Part shown: positions 1 to 9,804 of the stretch, one piece after another
Position numbering within the stretch: the stretch's first letter is position 1
Layout: each line of letters opens with the position of its first letter
Source of the DNA: a phage
Strand: one strand, 5' to 3'
Length of the DNA stretch: 64,000 nt
Assembly: GCA_030980935.1 (NCBI GenBank)
Contig: GCA_030980935.1_3059.1
Translations under genes and position numbers: made by a program
Notes under the pieces: generated by a model
Seen by the model: the letters and a program-made list of their open reading frames with translations, nothing else
The model's database searches: none
What the model was told of the DNA's origin: nothing

Positions 1-1229
1 CTGAAGATAAGTTTTATATTATTCCAACCCCACAGAATGCGGGTGAATCAGGCGGCATTTCTAATTTACGTCCGTTCTATATTACATTAAGTAATGGTAA
101 AGTTTCCATGGATCATGATGTAGATATCGGCGGCGGTAGATTTAAAGTAGAAGTGGCTGGAACTACTGCTAATCAACGCATAACAGTAAATATGGCATCA
201 GATGCTATTAGAATAAATGCTCCAACACAAGAGTCTTCTAACTTCATTCAAGGACGTAAGGCTGATGTGCCTAAATGGTATTTGGGTATTGGCGATGGCG
301 GCAACGTCGTTCGTATGCACAGCTACACATATTCACATGGTATTGCATTAAATTCTGATTCTGTCGATATTACTAAGCCTTTTAAAGTCGGAAATGCACA
401 ATTAGGAACTGACGGTAATATTACCGGTGGTTCAGGAAACTTTGCTAATTTAAACAGTACAATTGAATCATTAAAAACCGATATTGTTTCAAGTTATCCT
501 ATTGGAGCTCCTATTCCATGGCCAACGGATACTCCTCCTGACGGTTACGCTATTATGGAAGGCCAGACTTTTGATAAGTCTGCATACCCAAAATTGGCTA
601 TGGCTTACCCATCTGGCGTAATTCCAGATATGCGCGGGCAAACTATTAAAGGTAAACCAAGTGGTCGAGCTGTATTAAGCGCAGAAGCCGATGGTGTTAA
701 GGCTCATAGCCATAGTGCATCGGCTTCAAGTACTGACTTGGGTACTAAAACTACATCAAGCTTTGATTATGGTACTAAAACATCTTCAAGCTTTGATTAT
801 GGTACTAAGACTAGTAACACCACAGGAAACCATAACCATACAGTGAGTGGTAATACTAGTTCCGCCGGTGCGCACCAACACAACGAAGGGACGTATTTTT
901 CATCGTACGGATACTTTATGAACGGATACAATACTCGCCAGTCATCGGGAGCTGCCATCGAAACATCCAATAGACAAGGCATAGCGTTTTATGGTAAAAC
1001 CTCTAGTGCTGGTGCCCACACTCATAGTTGGTCAGGAACCACGAGTACTACAGGTAACCATGCTCATACTGTAGGTATAGGTGCTCATACCCATACTGTA
1101 GGTATAGGTGCTCATACCCACACGGTAGCAATTGGCTCACATGGTCATACTATCACTGTAAATAGTACAGGTAATACAGAAAACACGGTTAAAAACATTG
1201 CTTTTAACTATATCGTTCGTTTAGCATAA
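1..1229 (+). CDS. 37: Long tail fibre distal subunit gp37, C-terminal part (5' end lies outside window)
   Basis: Frame is open from base 1; C-terminus has HxH repeats ([16 protein letters not shown]) and ends [11 protein letters not shown] as remembered for T4 gp37; followed by gene 38 and t. Confidence 0.85.
   Translation, partial: EDKFYIIPTPQNAGESGGISNLRPFYITLSNGKVSMDHDVDIGGGRFKVEVAGTTANQRITVNMASDAIRINAPTQESSNFIQGRKADVPKWYLGIGDGGNVVRMHSYTYSHGIALNSDSVDITKPFKVGNAQLGTDGNITGGSGNFANLNSTIESLKTDIVSSYPIGAPIPWPTDTPPDGYAIMEGQTFDKSAYPKLAMAYPSGVIPDMRGQTIKGKPSGRAVLSAEADGVKAHSHSASASSTDLGTKTTSSFDYGTKTSSSFDYGTKTSNTTGNHNHTVSGNTSSAGAHQHNEGTYFSSYGYFMNGYNTRQSSGAAIETSNRQGIAFYGKTSSAGAHTHSWSGTTSTTGNHAHTVGIGAHTHTVGIGAHTHTVAIGSHGHTITVNSTGNTENTVKNIAFNYIVRLA
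741..812 (+). repeat. Tandem 30-bp coding repeat in gene 37
   Basis: ggtactaaaac(t/a)(a/t)catcaagctttgattat x2 plus partial third copy; encodes GTKT(T/S)SSFDY repeats. Confidence 0.7.
1060..1130 (+). repeat. Tandem 27-bp coding repeat (HxH motif) in gene 37
   Basis: gtaggtataggtgctcatacccatact repeated; encodes VGIGAHTHT units. Confidence 0.7.
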
Positions 1230-1233
1230 GGAG

Positions 1234-1249
1234 AGGGGCTTCGGCCCCT
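1234..1249 (+). terminator. UUCG-tetraloop hairpin between genes 37 and 38
   Basis: aGGGGCttcgGCCCCt; overlaps the gene 38 RBS region. Confidence 0.55.
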
Positions 1250-1256
1250 TCTAAAT

Positions 1257-1808
1257 ATGAAAATATATCATTATTATTTTGACACTAAAGAATTTTACAA
1301 AGAAGAAAATTACAAACCGGTTAAAGGCCTCGGTCTTCCTGCTCATTCAACAATTAAAAAACCTTTAGAACCTAAAGAAGGATACGCAGTTGTATTTGAT
1401 GAACGTACTCAAGATTGGATTTATGAAGAAGACCATCGCGGCAAACGAGCATGGACTTTTAATAAAGAAGAAATTTTTATAAGTGACATTGGAAGCCCGG
1501 TTGGTATAACCTTTGATGAGCCCGGCGAATTTGATATATGGACTGATGACGGTTGGAAAGAAGACGAAACATATAAACGCGTTTTAATTCGCAATAGAAA
1601 AATTGAAGAATTATACAAAGAATTCCAAGTTTTAAATAATATGATTGAAGCTTCTGTCGCGAATAAAAAGGAAAAATTCTATTATAAAAACCTTAAGCGG
1701 TTCTTTGCTCTTTTAGAAAAGCATGAGCATTTAGGTGGTGAATTTCCTAAATGGCCTGAAAAAGAACAGAAGCCTTGGTATAAGCGTTTATTCAAGCATT
1801 ACGTATAA
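1257..1808 (+). CDS. 38: Tail fibre assembly chaperone gp38 (T4-type, 183 aa)
   Basis: 183 aa ORF directly after gene 37; size and position match T4-type gp38 rather than the longer T2-type adhesin. Confidence 0.8.
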   Translation: MKIYHYYFDTKEFYKEENYKPVKGLGLPAHSTIKKPLEPKEGYAVVFDERTQDWIYEEDHRGKRAWTFNKEEIFISDIGSPVGITFDEPGEFDIWTDDGWKEDETYKRVLIRNRKIEELYKEFQVLNNMIEASVANKKEKFYYKNLKRFFALLEKHEHLGGEFPKWPEKEQKPWYKRLFKHYV

Positions 1809-1811
1809 ATA
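1804..1811 (+). promoter_or_regulatory. T4-type late promoter TATAAATA for holin t
   Basis: Exact TATAAATA 18 nt upstream of ATG; AAAGGAGGG RBS. Confidence 0.6.
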
Positions 1812-1828
1812 TCTTAAAAGGAGGGTCT

Positions 1829-2485
1829 ATGGCAGCACCTAGAATATCATTTTCGCCCTCTGATATTCTATTTGGTGTTCTAGATCGCTTGTTCAAAGAT
1901 AACGCTACCGGGAAAGTTCTTGCTTCCCGGGTAGCTGTCGTAATTCTTTTATTTATGATGGCGATTGTTTGGTATAGGGGAGATAGTTTCTTTGAGTACT
2001 ATAAGCAATCAAAGTATGAAACATACAGTGAAATTATTGAAAAGGAAAGAAATGCACGCTTTGAATCTGTCGCCCTGGAACAACTCCAGATAGTTCATAT
2101 ATCATCTGAGGCAGACTTTAGTGCGGTGTATTCTTTCCGCCCTAAAAACTTAAACTATTTTGTTGATATTATAGCATACGAAGGAAAATTACCTTCAACA
2201 ATAAGTGAAAAATCACTTGGAGGATATCCTGTTGATAAAACTATGGATGAATATGCAGTCCATTTAAATGGACGTCATTATTATTCCAACTCAAAATTTG
2301 CTTTTTTACCAACTAAAAAGCCTACTCCCGAAATAAACTACATGTACAGTTGTCCATATTTTAATTTGGACAATATCTATGCTGGAACGATAACCATGTA
2401 CTGGTATAGAAATGATCATATAAGTAATGACCGCCTTGAATCAATATGTGCTCAGGCGGCCAGAATATTAGGAAGGGCTAAATAA
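1829..2485 (+). CDS. t: Holin T
   Basis: 218 aa; N-terminus MAAPRISFSPSDILFGVLDRLFKDN and single TM segment match T4 holin; TATAAATA late promoter upstream. Confidence 0.9.
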   Translation: MAAPRISFSPSDILFGVLDRLFKDNATGKVLASRVAVVILLFMMAIVWYRGDSFFEYYKQSKYETYSEIIEKERNARFESVALEQLQIVHISSEADFSAVYSFRPKNLNYFVDIIAYEGKLPSTISEKSLGGYPVDKTMDEYAVHLNGRHYYSNSKFAFLPTKKPTPEINYMYSCPYFNLDNIYAGTITMYWYRNDHISNDRLESICAQAARILGRAK

Positions 2486-2758
2486 TTATTTGTTCGTATA
2501 CATCTCTAGATATCGATATACACCCTCAAAACCCTCGTTGAATTCGTCGATGAGGGTTTTCTTATCTTCTTGAGTTAATTCAGAAACAATTTTACGGAAT
2601 GAATTCTGATTTAACTTTCTACCTTCATGCGTTACTCCAATCTCATTCAGAAATGCAATAAAATTAGCACGATTCTCAACAATATCTTCTCTGGAAAATT
2701 TAATCAAAATAGACGCAACAGTAATAATTTCACGAACTGTATCAATGTTTTTATTCAT
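2486..2758 (-). CDS. asiA: Anti-sigma70 protein AsiA
   Basis: 90 aa, MNKNIDTVREIITVASILIKFSRED..., convergent with t as in T4. Confidence 0.9.
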   Translation of the reverse strand: MNKNIDTVREIITVASILIKFSREDIVENRANFIAFLNEIGVTHEGRKLNQNSFRKIVSELTQEDKKTLIDEFNEGFEGVYRYLEMYTNK

Positions 2759-2770
2759 TAACTATACCAC

Positions 2771-2923
2771 TCAATTAGTTGACTTTGTTATAATATCATC
2801 AGACGCTTGATTTGTAAACTGGTCTGTGGTATTTTCTTCAAAAATTTTTTCTACGAATTCCTTGAACGACTTACGTTCCTGAGCTACATTATGCTCGATT
2901 ACCTTTTCAAGATTATGACTCAT
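2771..2923 (-). CDS. Small ORF (asiA.1-like), 50 aa
   Basis: Hand-translated; ATG overlaps the arn stop (ATGA); below the 60 aa cutoff of the ORF track. Confidence 0.4.
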   Translation of the reverse strand: MSHNLEKVIEHNVAQERKSFKEFVEKIFEENTTDQFTNQASDDIITKSTN

Positions 2924-3198
2924 TCGAAATAATCTTCAATTTCGTAATCATGGACGTAAATCATTATAGTTTTTAATACATCATCAATACTTTTTCCTGG
3001 AGCTGGAATTACGTAAAAATATCCTGCTTTTGAGAGGTCTTTATAAGTTCCAACCAAGAAATCATTATTCTCGAGATGTAGTTCTTCAACTAATTCATTA
3101 ACAATTGAGTGGTATAAATTTGGTAGAAACTTATATAGCTTTTCTAGAATATCAATTTTGATTGTGTATTGAACCACGGACTGAGAATCAATAATCAT
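2920..3198 (-). CDS. arn: Arn-like anti-restriction protein (92 aa)
   Basis: 92 aa acidic ORF immediately upstream of asiA, matching size and position of T4 Arn. Confidence 0.6.
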   Translation of the reverse strand: MIIDSQSVVQYTIKIDILEKLYKFLPNLYHSIVNELVEELHLENNDFLVGTYKDLSKAGYFYVIPAPGKSIDDVLKTIMIYVHDYEIEDYFE

Positions 3199-3281
3199 AG
3201 ACCTTCCCCTTATGTTTCTGTTTGCGATTAGATTCTTTAAACGCTTTCTTCTTATCTTTATGAAGAGAAGCTTTATTAAAA

Positions 3282-3500
3282 TTATGTTTTGCGACTAAAT
3301 TGTTCATAGTGCTGAATTACCTCTCTTAAACATTTGCATGTGAATGAAAACTTTTTAGCTACACCACATTCAAATATATGTTCTCTTAAATCGCGTGTAT
3401 CGGTATATCCCATCTCAACAATAAAATGCCGTATTAGATTTTTATCTTTATCATTGAGAGAATTAAAATAATCAGATTTTGAATTAATTTCCCTGGCCAA
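3282..3500 (-). CDS. Hypothetical protein (72 aa)
   Basis: Track ORF in the arn-motA small-gene array. Confidence 0.45.
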   Translation of the reverse strand: MAREINSKSDYFNSLNDKDKNLIRHFIVEMGYTDTRDLREHIFECGVAKKFSFTCKCLREVIQHYEQFSRKT

Positions 3501-3780
3501 ATTGAATCACCTTCAGTTGACGTTTTAATTCTTTTATCATTTCTTCGTTCATCGCAATATAAAGATCGCGTAAAGCAGGTTTTAGCATTCCATTTACTGG
3601 AGAACTAAATGGACATACATAATCTTTTCCTACAAGCTTTTTGGTGAATTCCATATCGCAGAACTTAAATCCCGGCTCATTGGTATAAATTCCCCAATTA
3701 GTTGACATCATTTTATTAGCATATTCCAGTGCCTGGATTTGATTCATAATTCCATCAATTTGAAACTTTTTAATATTCAT
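3484..3780 (-). CDS. Hypothetical protein (98 aa)
   Basis: Track ORF, co-oriented, tightly packed. Confidence 0.5.
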   Translation of the reverse strand: MNIKKFQIDGIMNQIQALEYANKMMSTNWGIYTNEPGFKFCDMEFTKKLVGKDYVCPFSSPVNGMLKPALRDLYIAMNEEMIKELKRQLKVIQFGQGN

Positions 3781-4241
3781 TAGTAAAGGTCCTCAGAGTA
3801 AAGTTCTTTTTCACTACCACCACGTTCAATACGTACTTGTCCAGCGTAAGTTGCAATAATCATTGCTTCTTCACGTGTCCAATAATTACTGTATTGGTCA
3901 ATAAACCCTTGGTCATCATCACAAACTTGTTGAGTAACTAATTGAGGTTTAACTACATCTAAAACTTCTGCCATATCTTTAGAATAATGACGAGCACCTG
4001 GAATAACAAGAGTTCGTCCATCTTTTAATTTAAAACGGTTGGCTGCGCAAACAATTCGTCGTTGATACTTTTGATTTTCGTCCCAATATGCAGTCTGCCA
4101 ACAGAGTTCAGGAACTTCTTTCAGAATATCTTCTTCTGTGCATTTATAACCATGTGCTTTAAATTTTTCAACAAGACTTTCTGGAGTTTCACGAGATAAA
4201 GGAACATTCAGCATTTTTAAACGATTAATAAATGGGTTCAT
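3780..4241 (-). CDS. Hypothetical protein (153 aa)
   Basis: Track ORF; stop overlaps next start. Confidence 0.55.
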   Translation of the reverse strand: MNPFINRLKMLNVPLSRETPESLVEKFKAHGYKCTEEDILKEVPELCWQTAYWDENQKYQRRIVCAANRFKLKDGRTLVIPGARHYSKDMAEVLDVVKPQLVTQQVCDDDQGFIDQYSNYWTREEAMIIATYAGQVRIERGGSEKELYSEDLY

Positions 4242-4567
4242 TTAAACCATCCTTTAATACGCTGCCACAAAGTTTTCTGTTGAGCTTTGTTAACACCAAT
4301 TGAGCGAATAACTGGTTGAGATTCCTGGAATTCTTTATAATCAGCAAGGTAAATTTCGTAAGCTGCATCCGTAAATGAACTTATCGCCGCCATAAAATTA
4401 TTGCGAATACCTGCTGGAGCATCTTTACTTTCACGAATAATCATGTATTTACCAGTCTTAATCTTTACGATAGTTCCAAGATAAGCTCCATGGTACCAGA
4501 TGTCCCACCCCTCTTGAGTGGGTTCTGCACAACGACGAAGTTCATTAACAATTTCTAACTTGTTCAT
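4238..4567 (-). CDS. Hypothetical protein (109 aa)
   Basis: Track ORF; 4-nt overlap with upstream gene. Confidence 0.55.
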   Translation of the reverse strand: MNKLEIVNELRRCAEPTQEGWDIWYHGAYLGTIVKIKTGKYMIIRESKDAPAGIRNNFMAAISSFTDAAYEIYLADYKEFQESQPVIRSIGVNKAQQKTLWQRIKGWFK

Positions 4568-4577
4568 TATTTATTCC

Positions 4578-5213
4578 TCACAGTTCAGATGCTACGGTGA
4601 TTACTGCTTCAATGTTTTCTTCCGAGCGTTTAATGTCAAGATACACATTACCGTTTTTAGCGATTTTACATGACATTCCGATATCAGTAAATTTCTGAAT
4701 ATGATGTTCCATCATTTTGTATCCAAAAATTCGCATATTTCCATTGTTGTTAATTTCAAAATTGCGAATTCCGTGAGTGCGTTTTTCTAAAATAGCGAGA
4801 TAGTTACTGCGATAAGTTTCAACCTTTTTAAGAACAAATCCATTTTCATCTAAAAGTTTTAACATGAGGTCTTTATCTTCTTCCATATCAGAAGTAATTT
4901 CGCGAGCTTTACGAGTTGCTCGTTTTTTCAGCAGTTCAGGAGCGTTTTCCTGTGCGTATAAAGTTGCTGCATTTGAAATAATATCCTGGGCTTCACCTGT
5001 AATGATTAATCCATCACCAGATTTCTCCACCAGGCCTTTTTTAATCAATACCCCAATATTACTATTAACTACTGCGTTACCTAAATCTGGATGCACCTCA
5101 CGAACTTCTGCAGCTGTAATGAAATCTTTCTTAGCAATAGTAATTAAAATCGCAGCAGTTTTTTCATTCAGAACATCGTTAGAAGCTTTGATGATGTAAG
5201 TTACTTTAGACAT
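4578..5213 (-). CDS. motA: Middle-transcription activator MotA
   Basis: 211 aa, MSKVTYIIKASNDVLNEKTAAILITIAKKDF...; early promoter cassette directly upstream. Confidence 0.9.
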   Translation of the reverse strand: MSKVTYIIKASNDVLNEKTAAILITIAKKDFITAAEVREVHPDLGNAVVNSNIGVLIKKGLVEKSGDGLIITGEAQDIISNAATLYAQENAPELLKKRATRKAREITSDMEEDKDLMLKLLDENGFVLKKVETYRSNYLAILEKRTHGIRNFEINNNGNMRIFGYKMMEHHIQKFTDIGMSCKIAKNGNVYLDIKRSEENIEAVITVASEL

Positions 5214-5247
5214 TTTCTAATCTCCGTAATTCTGTATCAGTAGTTGA

Positions 5248-5310
5248 TAGTTGTATAGTACCACAGTATGCTTTGGTTGTAAACCGTTTTGTGAAAAAAT
5301 TTTAAAATAA
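5248..5310 (-). promoter_or_regulatory. T4 early promoter cassette upstream of motA
   Basis: On minus strand: AT-rich UP element, GTTTAC -35 (5278-5283), TGgTAcTAT -10, conserved leader. Confidence 0.6.
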
Positions 5311-5334
5311 AAAGGGAGAGCCGAGGCTCTCCCT
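5311..5334 (-). terminator. GC-rich hairpin between gene 52 and the motA promoter
   Basis: GGGAGAGC cgag GCTCTCCC, 8-bp stem. Confidence 0.5.
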
Positions 5335-5484
5335 AAAATTACTGCATGACTGTGATAACTGTCATGATAACACGTTGAATTCCGAACGCAAGAAGACCTC
5401 CTGCTACGGCTGGAACGACACCTAAACCCGCCAGTAAAATGCTACCAGATACTAATGCAGCGCTTGTAATACCAATGAATGGAC

Positions 5485-6813
5485 TCATTTGATTTCCTCT
5501 AAATCTTTAGTGTATTCAGTAACTACATCAGTAGTTTTCCAATATTCGTTTTCTTCTTTTTTGGCTTTAGCTTCTTCAGCAAGTTTCTTCGCTTCATCGG
5601 AAGTCATATGAAAAATATTCATTCCAACTAATTTATCAACATAAGAAGAATACATATCGATTTTCGAAAGTTCTTCGGTCAGTTCTTTACGAGTTTTACC
5701 CTGTACAACAATTACACCTGAAATTACTTTCTTAATGAAATGTGCCTTGGCAAAGGCTAAACGAAAAGCTGATTCAGTTTCTTTAATTTTGTTATCAATT
5801 CGTTTTTGAACATAAGTTTTACGAACTTCAACAAAGTCTTTAATTAAATCAACTACGTTATCGTAAACTTGTAGTTTTCCTTTCTCATTAATAACCGTAA
5901 TATTCTGAGAACGACGCTCAATCAACCCGAAGTCTTTCATAATTTTTGCATGGCGTTCTTCTTCGTTATCGCTCAAAGAATATTCTTTACGGAATTTAAC
6001 TTTAAAGCCGAAGCCGTGCTCACCACAAGCATCATCCCATGTAATGAAGCCTTTATCTTCAAGTGGGTCTAAGATTTTACTCACATAAGTTTCACGATCA
6101 TACTTATACGGAATCTCAGTGATATGCATTTGAGTTCGTGAAGTAAACTTATATGTTCCACGAATTTCATATTGCCCATCAATTTCAACGACTTCACCAC
6201 GAAATTCTGGGAATTCTACCTTCGGTTTAGTTACTTTCTTTCCTTGAAGAGCTTGTAATACAGCTTTCTTAACAGAAGAAACGCTATGAGGAAGAATGTA
6301 AGTTGCATAACCAGTTGCAATACCGGAAACGCCATTAAGAAGAACAGTAGGAATAATAGGCAAATAGAAAGCAGGCGGAATGTGTTCTTTATCTTGATGT
6401 ACCGGAGCATACTCAGTATCTTTATATACGTTATAGAAATTTTTACTTACACGAGCAAAAATATAACGACTTGCCGCTGCTTTTTGAACGGTACGAGAAC
6501 CGAAGTTTCCTTGACCATCTAACAGAGGAAAGTTATTATTCCAAGTGTTAGCCATCAAAGCACCTGCGTCTTGTGCAGAGTTTTCACCATGATGATATCC
6601 AAGGTCAGCTACACCACCTGCAATAGAAGCAAGTTTGTGAAACTTATCTTTATTTCCTCGTGCCAAATCAAGAGCTCGAGCAATAACAAATCGTTGAACT
6701 GGCTTAAATCCATCAATCATATTTGGAATGGCACGATTTTCAACCGTGTACATAGCATAAGCCAATGCTTCATTATCAATGATACTTTTTAAATCGCGAT
6801 TATTCAGTTGCAT
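5485..6813 (-). CDS. 52: DNA topoisomerase II medium subunit gp52 (GyrA-like)
   Basis: 442 aa; GyrA-type N-terminus (FKPVQRFV); size and position as T4 gp52. Confidence 0.9.
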   Translation of the reverse strand: MQLNNRDLKSIIDNEALAYAMYTVENRAIPNMIDGFKPVQRFVIARALDLARGNKDKFHKLASIAGGVADLGYHHGENSAQDAGALMANTWNNNFPLLDGQGNFGSRTVQKAAASRYIFARVSKNFYNVYKDTEYAPVHQDKEHIPPAFYLPIIPTVLLNGVSGIATGYATYILPHSVSSVKKAVLQALQGKKVTKPKVEFPEFRGEVVEIDGQYEIRGTYKFTSRTQMHITEIPYKYDRETYVSKILDPLEDKGFITWDDACGEHGFGFKVKFRKEYSLSDNEEERHAKIMKDFGLIERRSQNITVINEKGKLQVYDNVVDLIKDFVEVRKTYVQKRIDNKIKETESAFRLAFAKAHFIKKVISGVIVVQGKTRKELTEELSKIDMYSSYVDKLVGMNIFHMTSDEAKKLAEEAKAKKEENEYWKTTDVVTEYTKDLEEIK

Positions 6814-6817
6814 AAAT

Positions 6818-6958
6818 TTACCATACTAGTGAATGTAGTGCCATAATAACATCAGAAATGAAAAGCACGACTTGAATTAATCCGAACATTACTCCATAAT
6901 ATAGTGCTACCAATAAAGTAGCAAGGGCTAGTGAATAGCCCAAGATTTTCTTAATCAT
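6818..6958 (-). CDS. Small hydrophobic peptide (46 aa), directly upstream of gene 52
   Basis: Hand-translated MIKKILGYSLALATLLVALYYGVMFGLIQVV...; single TM-like segment. Confidence 0.35.
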   Translation of the reverse strand: MIKKILGYSLALATLLVALYYGVMFGLIQVVLFISDVIMALHSLVW

Positions 6959-7109
6959 TAGTAGATAACAACACAAATGTTAAATATGCACACATACCCT
7001 GGGCTAAAGCTTGTGAAAACACACTGCTAGCATCGATACAGATAGTTAAAACACATGCTACTATCCAACAAATAAATGAAATAACTCCTAATAATTTTGC
7101 GATATTCAT
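6951..7109 (-). CDS. ac: Small membrane protein, likely ac (acriflavine sensitivity)
   Basis: 52 aa hydrophobic ORF between 52 and stp, where T4 ac lies; GAGGAAAA RBS. Confidence 0.55.
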   Translation of the reverse strand: MNIAKLLGVISFICWIVACVLTICIDASSVFSQALAQGMCAYLTFVLLSTND

Positions 7110-7116
7110 ATTTTCC

Positions 7117-7197
7117 TCACTGGCGTCCGAAGACGCCTTTAGTTTTAAGATTATTACGATAGAACTGCATCACGTGTTCGTTGTGGAAATTACTCAT
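7117..7197 (-). CDS. stp: Stp peptide (26 aa), activator of host PrrC anticodon nuclease
   Basis: Hand-translated [26 protein letters not shown], matching remembered T4 Stp; start overlaps ndd stop. Confidence 0.8.
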
Positions 7198-7655
7198 TAA
7201 TATGCCTGCAAAACGAATTTAAAGTTATCAGCCAACATACGGTTCATTTCTTCAAGTGTTTGATACTCAGAATGATGATTACGAGTAAACGCTAAAGCTA
7301 ACTGTCCTTTTCCAAATCCCGTCGTCAGAGGTTTCATCTTAGAAGCAGGCAGATAAAATACTGTGTATGGAACATTGTTATTTGCAATAGTACGTGCAAG
7401 CTGAGACCGACGTTGACGAATATGACTTAGAACTGCGCTGAATCCTTGCTTAGAACGCTGATTACCTACATAAAATCGTGCTGACACACATGGATTACTA
7501 AATGGACGACCATCTAATTTACTTACTAAAAAGTAAAATCCAGGTTTAGATAAAATATCTTTATGCGGAGTTCCCAAAAACCACTCACCACCCTTGATTG
7601 TACCAATAACAGTAGCGCCTGCGTTGTTCAGATCAGTAACAGTCATGTATTTCAT
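7197..7655 (-). CDS. ndd: Nucleoid disruption protein Ndd
   Basis: Track ORF 7197..7709 trimmed to the internal ATG with GAGGAAA RBS ([16 protein letters not shown]...), about 152 aa. Confidence 0.8.
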
Positions 7656-7713
7656 ATTAATTTCCTCTAAATTATTTTCTACTCCAAGGCCGCATGAATA
7701 CGCGGCCATTAAA

Positions 7714-7929
7714 TTAATCGTCGCAGTCGACGCTCAATTCCCAAAACTCTTCTACTGTATAAGTTTCAGTATCATTTTCAATACAGAAACGTTCATTACT
7801 ATTATTTGCTAAAGTAGCATTAACTGTCGGTTTCTCGCTAGTGCTCTTAAGAGGTGAAATACGAATTAACTGATCACCGTTATCTAAACAGAAAATTTCA
7901 CCAACTTTTACATCTTTAAAACTTTTCAT
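7714..7929 (-). CDS. Hypothetical protein (71 aa)
   Basis: Track ORF upstream of ndd. Confidence 0.5.
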   Translation of the reverse strand: MKSFKDVKVGEIFCLDNGDQLIRISPLKSTSEKPTVNATLANNSNERFCIENDTETYTVEEFWELSVDCDD

Positions 7930-8044
7930 AATTCACCTCAAGGAGTATAAAATCCAAATGCAGTTGTTGACCATCCCATCCAATATGGGAAATTTGCACC
8001 AATGTAAAACATGAGAATATAAAACCAAATGTTTAGTAAATTCA

Positions 8045-8263
8045 TCATTTTACACCATTCCAAATTGTTTCAACTACGGATTTTAAACCATTTTGATGAA
8101 TATCCATTCCGACTACCGCCATCAAATAGATTCCAACTACAACTGAACCTAAGGCAAAAATCAGCATAAAAATGAATAAAGCCGGAAAAATATTATCGAA
8201 AAACCATTCAATAAATGTAAAAGCACTGCGTTTACGCTTCATATTTTCCTCACATAAATCCAA
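8045..8263 (-). CDS. Small membrane protein (72 aa)
   Basis: Track ORF with hydrophobic segment FPALFIFMLIFALGSVVVGIYLMAVVG. Confidence 0.5.
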   Translation of the reverse strand: MDLCEENMKRKRSAFTFIEWFFDNIFPALFIFMLIFALGSVVVGIYLMAVVGMDIHQNGLKSVVETIWNGVK

Positions 8264-8362
8264 AGTAAACGTTTAATACATCAATCATTAAAACGATTGG
8301 GAATATACTCAAAACTACTAGTATTATAACTACATTCCATATAGCTTTAACAATCTTTTTCA
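8250..8362 (-). CDS. Small membrane peptide (37 aa)
   Basis: Track ORF 8250..8498 trimmed: its N-terminal extension runs through an early promoter cassette; real start is the ATG after GGAGGAACAGAAA. Confidence 0.35.
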
Positions 8363-8384
8363 TTTTCTGTTCCTCCGTAGTTGA

Positions 8385-8445
8385 TAGGGTAATAGTACCA
8401 CGGAAGAACAGTCTTGTAAACAACTTTTTTAAAAATATTCGTAAT
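8385..8445 (-). promoter_or_regulatory. T4 early promoter cassette
   Basis: GTTTAC (8415-8420) and conserved -10/leader block. Confidence 0.5.
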
Positions 8446-8606
8446 AAATGTGAATACCAACTACTACCGCTGAAACCTGTGCAACCCACCACGCGCAAGC
8501 AATAAGTACAGAATTCAAAATTTTCATAATAACCTCATTACAAAAGTAAATGTTAAACAAATTAATGGAATACTAATTAACCAAACGAAACACCACCATA
8601 GTGAAC

Positions 8607-8879
8607 TCATAACTCAATCTCAGCGATTTTCATTTCATTACTATTAATAGCCGCTTTAAGACTATCTGAAAGAATTACATCCCAGTGGTCATTCATATGA
8701 CCATTAATTAAGCGTGTAATTTCTTCGGGAGTTGAAAAATAAGGCGTATCAGACTCCCAATGCGATAATCCTAAGCGAGTATAAATCATACCTTCATCAT
8801 CGCTAGAATATTCAACTGACACAAACTCATCAGTTATTTTATGTTTAGCGTAATAAAATTTAAATTTCATTTTACTCAA
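8607..8879 (-). CDS. Hypothetical protein (90 aa)
   Basis: Track ORF. Confidence 0.5.
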   Translation of the reverse strand: MSKMKFKFYYAKHKITDEFVSVEYSSDDEGMIYTRLGLSHWESDTPYFSTPEEITRLINGHMNDHWDVILSDSLKAAINSNEMKIAEIEL

Positions 8880-9094
8880 TAATCCGCTAAAAGATCGACG
8901 ATTGCATCACGAAGACACTTATTCGCAATACGTTTAAGGGCAATTTCAGTTTCTGGAGCATTTTGAATAATCATCGAATTCAACTCAGCCTCAGCAAACT
9001 GAAGTTCTTTAACTAGTTCAGCTTTATATTTCCCTTGCCCTTTCTTAGCCTTTGTCCGTTTTAATTCAGCTGTAGTAAACATTTTATTCTCCAA
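8876..9094 (-). CDS. Hypothetical protein (72 aa)
   Basis: Track ORF directly downstream of an early promoter cassette. Confidence 0.5.
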   Translation of the reverse strand: MENKMFTTAELKRTKAKKGQGKYKAELVKELQFAEAELNSMIIQNAPETEIALKRIANKCLRDAIVDLLADY

Positions 9095-9109
9095 ATCCGT
9101 ATTAGTTGA

Positions 9110-9175
9110 TAGTTGTATAGTACCACAGTCCTTGTGGTATGTAAACTGTTTTATGAAATTTTTTTAAATAGAAAG
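9110..9175 (-). promoter_or_regulatory. T4 early promoter cassette
   Basis: GTTTAC (9141-9146), conserved gtggtactatacaactatcaac block, AT-rich UP. Confidence 0.55.
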
Positions 9176-9721
9176 ATACCATCCATTGTAGTTGCTTTTT
9201 CTTACAACCTTACGAAGGTCTTCTCTGTCACCGATGAACTTCGGAGTGTACTGGATGACACCTGGGTGAATTTCTTTAGTGTTGAATATAATTATACAGT
9301 CAGCGACCTGATGATTCAGAATGGGCCCTAGATTTATTCCAGAACCATATGGATACTCTCCGCTGCATCCTGTTGTTACCGAAATCCAACGTGAGTCAGT
9401 TTGATGTGTCTTAACTTCTACACGAAGCCCACAGTATTTTGGATGCGCCAATACATCCCATGCGTATGTATACGGGTCATTAACATCCTCTTGGCCTTTA
9501 TTAACATACCCGCTTAGCCAATCTGCTACAAAAAACTCTGCGTACACAGCGATACGGCATCTTTCGATAACTTCTGCCTTATCCTGGTTCGGATTTTGTT
9601 TTAAAGAGTATCTTGCTGTATCAGCAATTTTGACCTTCATTTCACTAGTCAAGTCACTGTTCGATAGAGTAAATGTCGGAATCTGAAATAGTCTCTGTAA
9701 ACCCGGATTCGTTTTCTGCAT
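9164..9721 (-). CDS. denB: Endonuclease IV DenB-like
   Basis: 185 aa ORF between ndd block and rIIB, matching T4 denB in size and position. Confidence 0.65.
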   Translation of the reverse strand: MQKTNPGLQRLFQIPTFTLSNSDLTSEMKVKIADTARYSLKQNPNQDKAEVIERCRIAVYAEFFVADWLSGYVNKGQEDVNDPYTYAWDVLAHPKYCGLRVEVKTHQTDSRWISVTTGCSGEYPYGSGINLGPILNHQVADCIIIFNTKEIHPGVIQYTPKFIGDREDLRKVVRKSNYNGWYLSI

Positions 9722-9784
9722 TAAACTTTCCTTTTACGTCGGAATCACTGATATTCATATAAATCATAATTTCTCTTAAAACAA

Positions 9785-9800
9785 AAGGGCCGAAGCCCCT
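9785..9800 (-). terminator. UUCG-tetraloop hairpin
   Basis: GGGC cgaa GCCC (UUCG on minus-strand transcript). Confidence 0.5.
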
Positions 9801-9804
9801 TATT

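Noticed and set aside
2786-2820. Possible early promoter for asiA inside the asiA.1-like ORF
   Set aside because: Has gtaaac and a ttataa element, but the spacing is atypical, so not listed as a feature
4864-5199. Plus-strand 111 aa ORF inside motA
   Set aside because: Antisense shadow ORF within a well-supported gene; no RBS or promoter context; many similar track entries (797..982, 6286..6522, 14208..14474, 37746..37952, 44594..44977 and others) rejected for the same reason
5201-5488. Minus-strand 95-codon ORF starting at an ATG overlapping the gene 52 stop; not in the supplied track
   Set aside because: First 49 residues are membrane-like, but the frame then reads straight through the 5311-5334 hairpin and the motA promoter cassette, and the track does not report it; possibly a short real peptide with a misjudged end, or my transcription error
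8363-8498. N-terminal extension of track ORF 8250..8498
   Set aside because: The extension is the translated early-promoter/leader cassette (same TLSTTEEQKM peptide as at 62217-62277); real start is the downstream ATG
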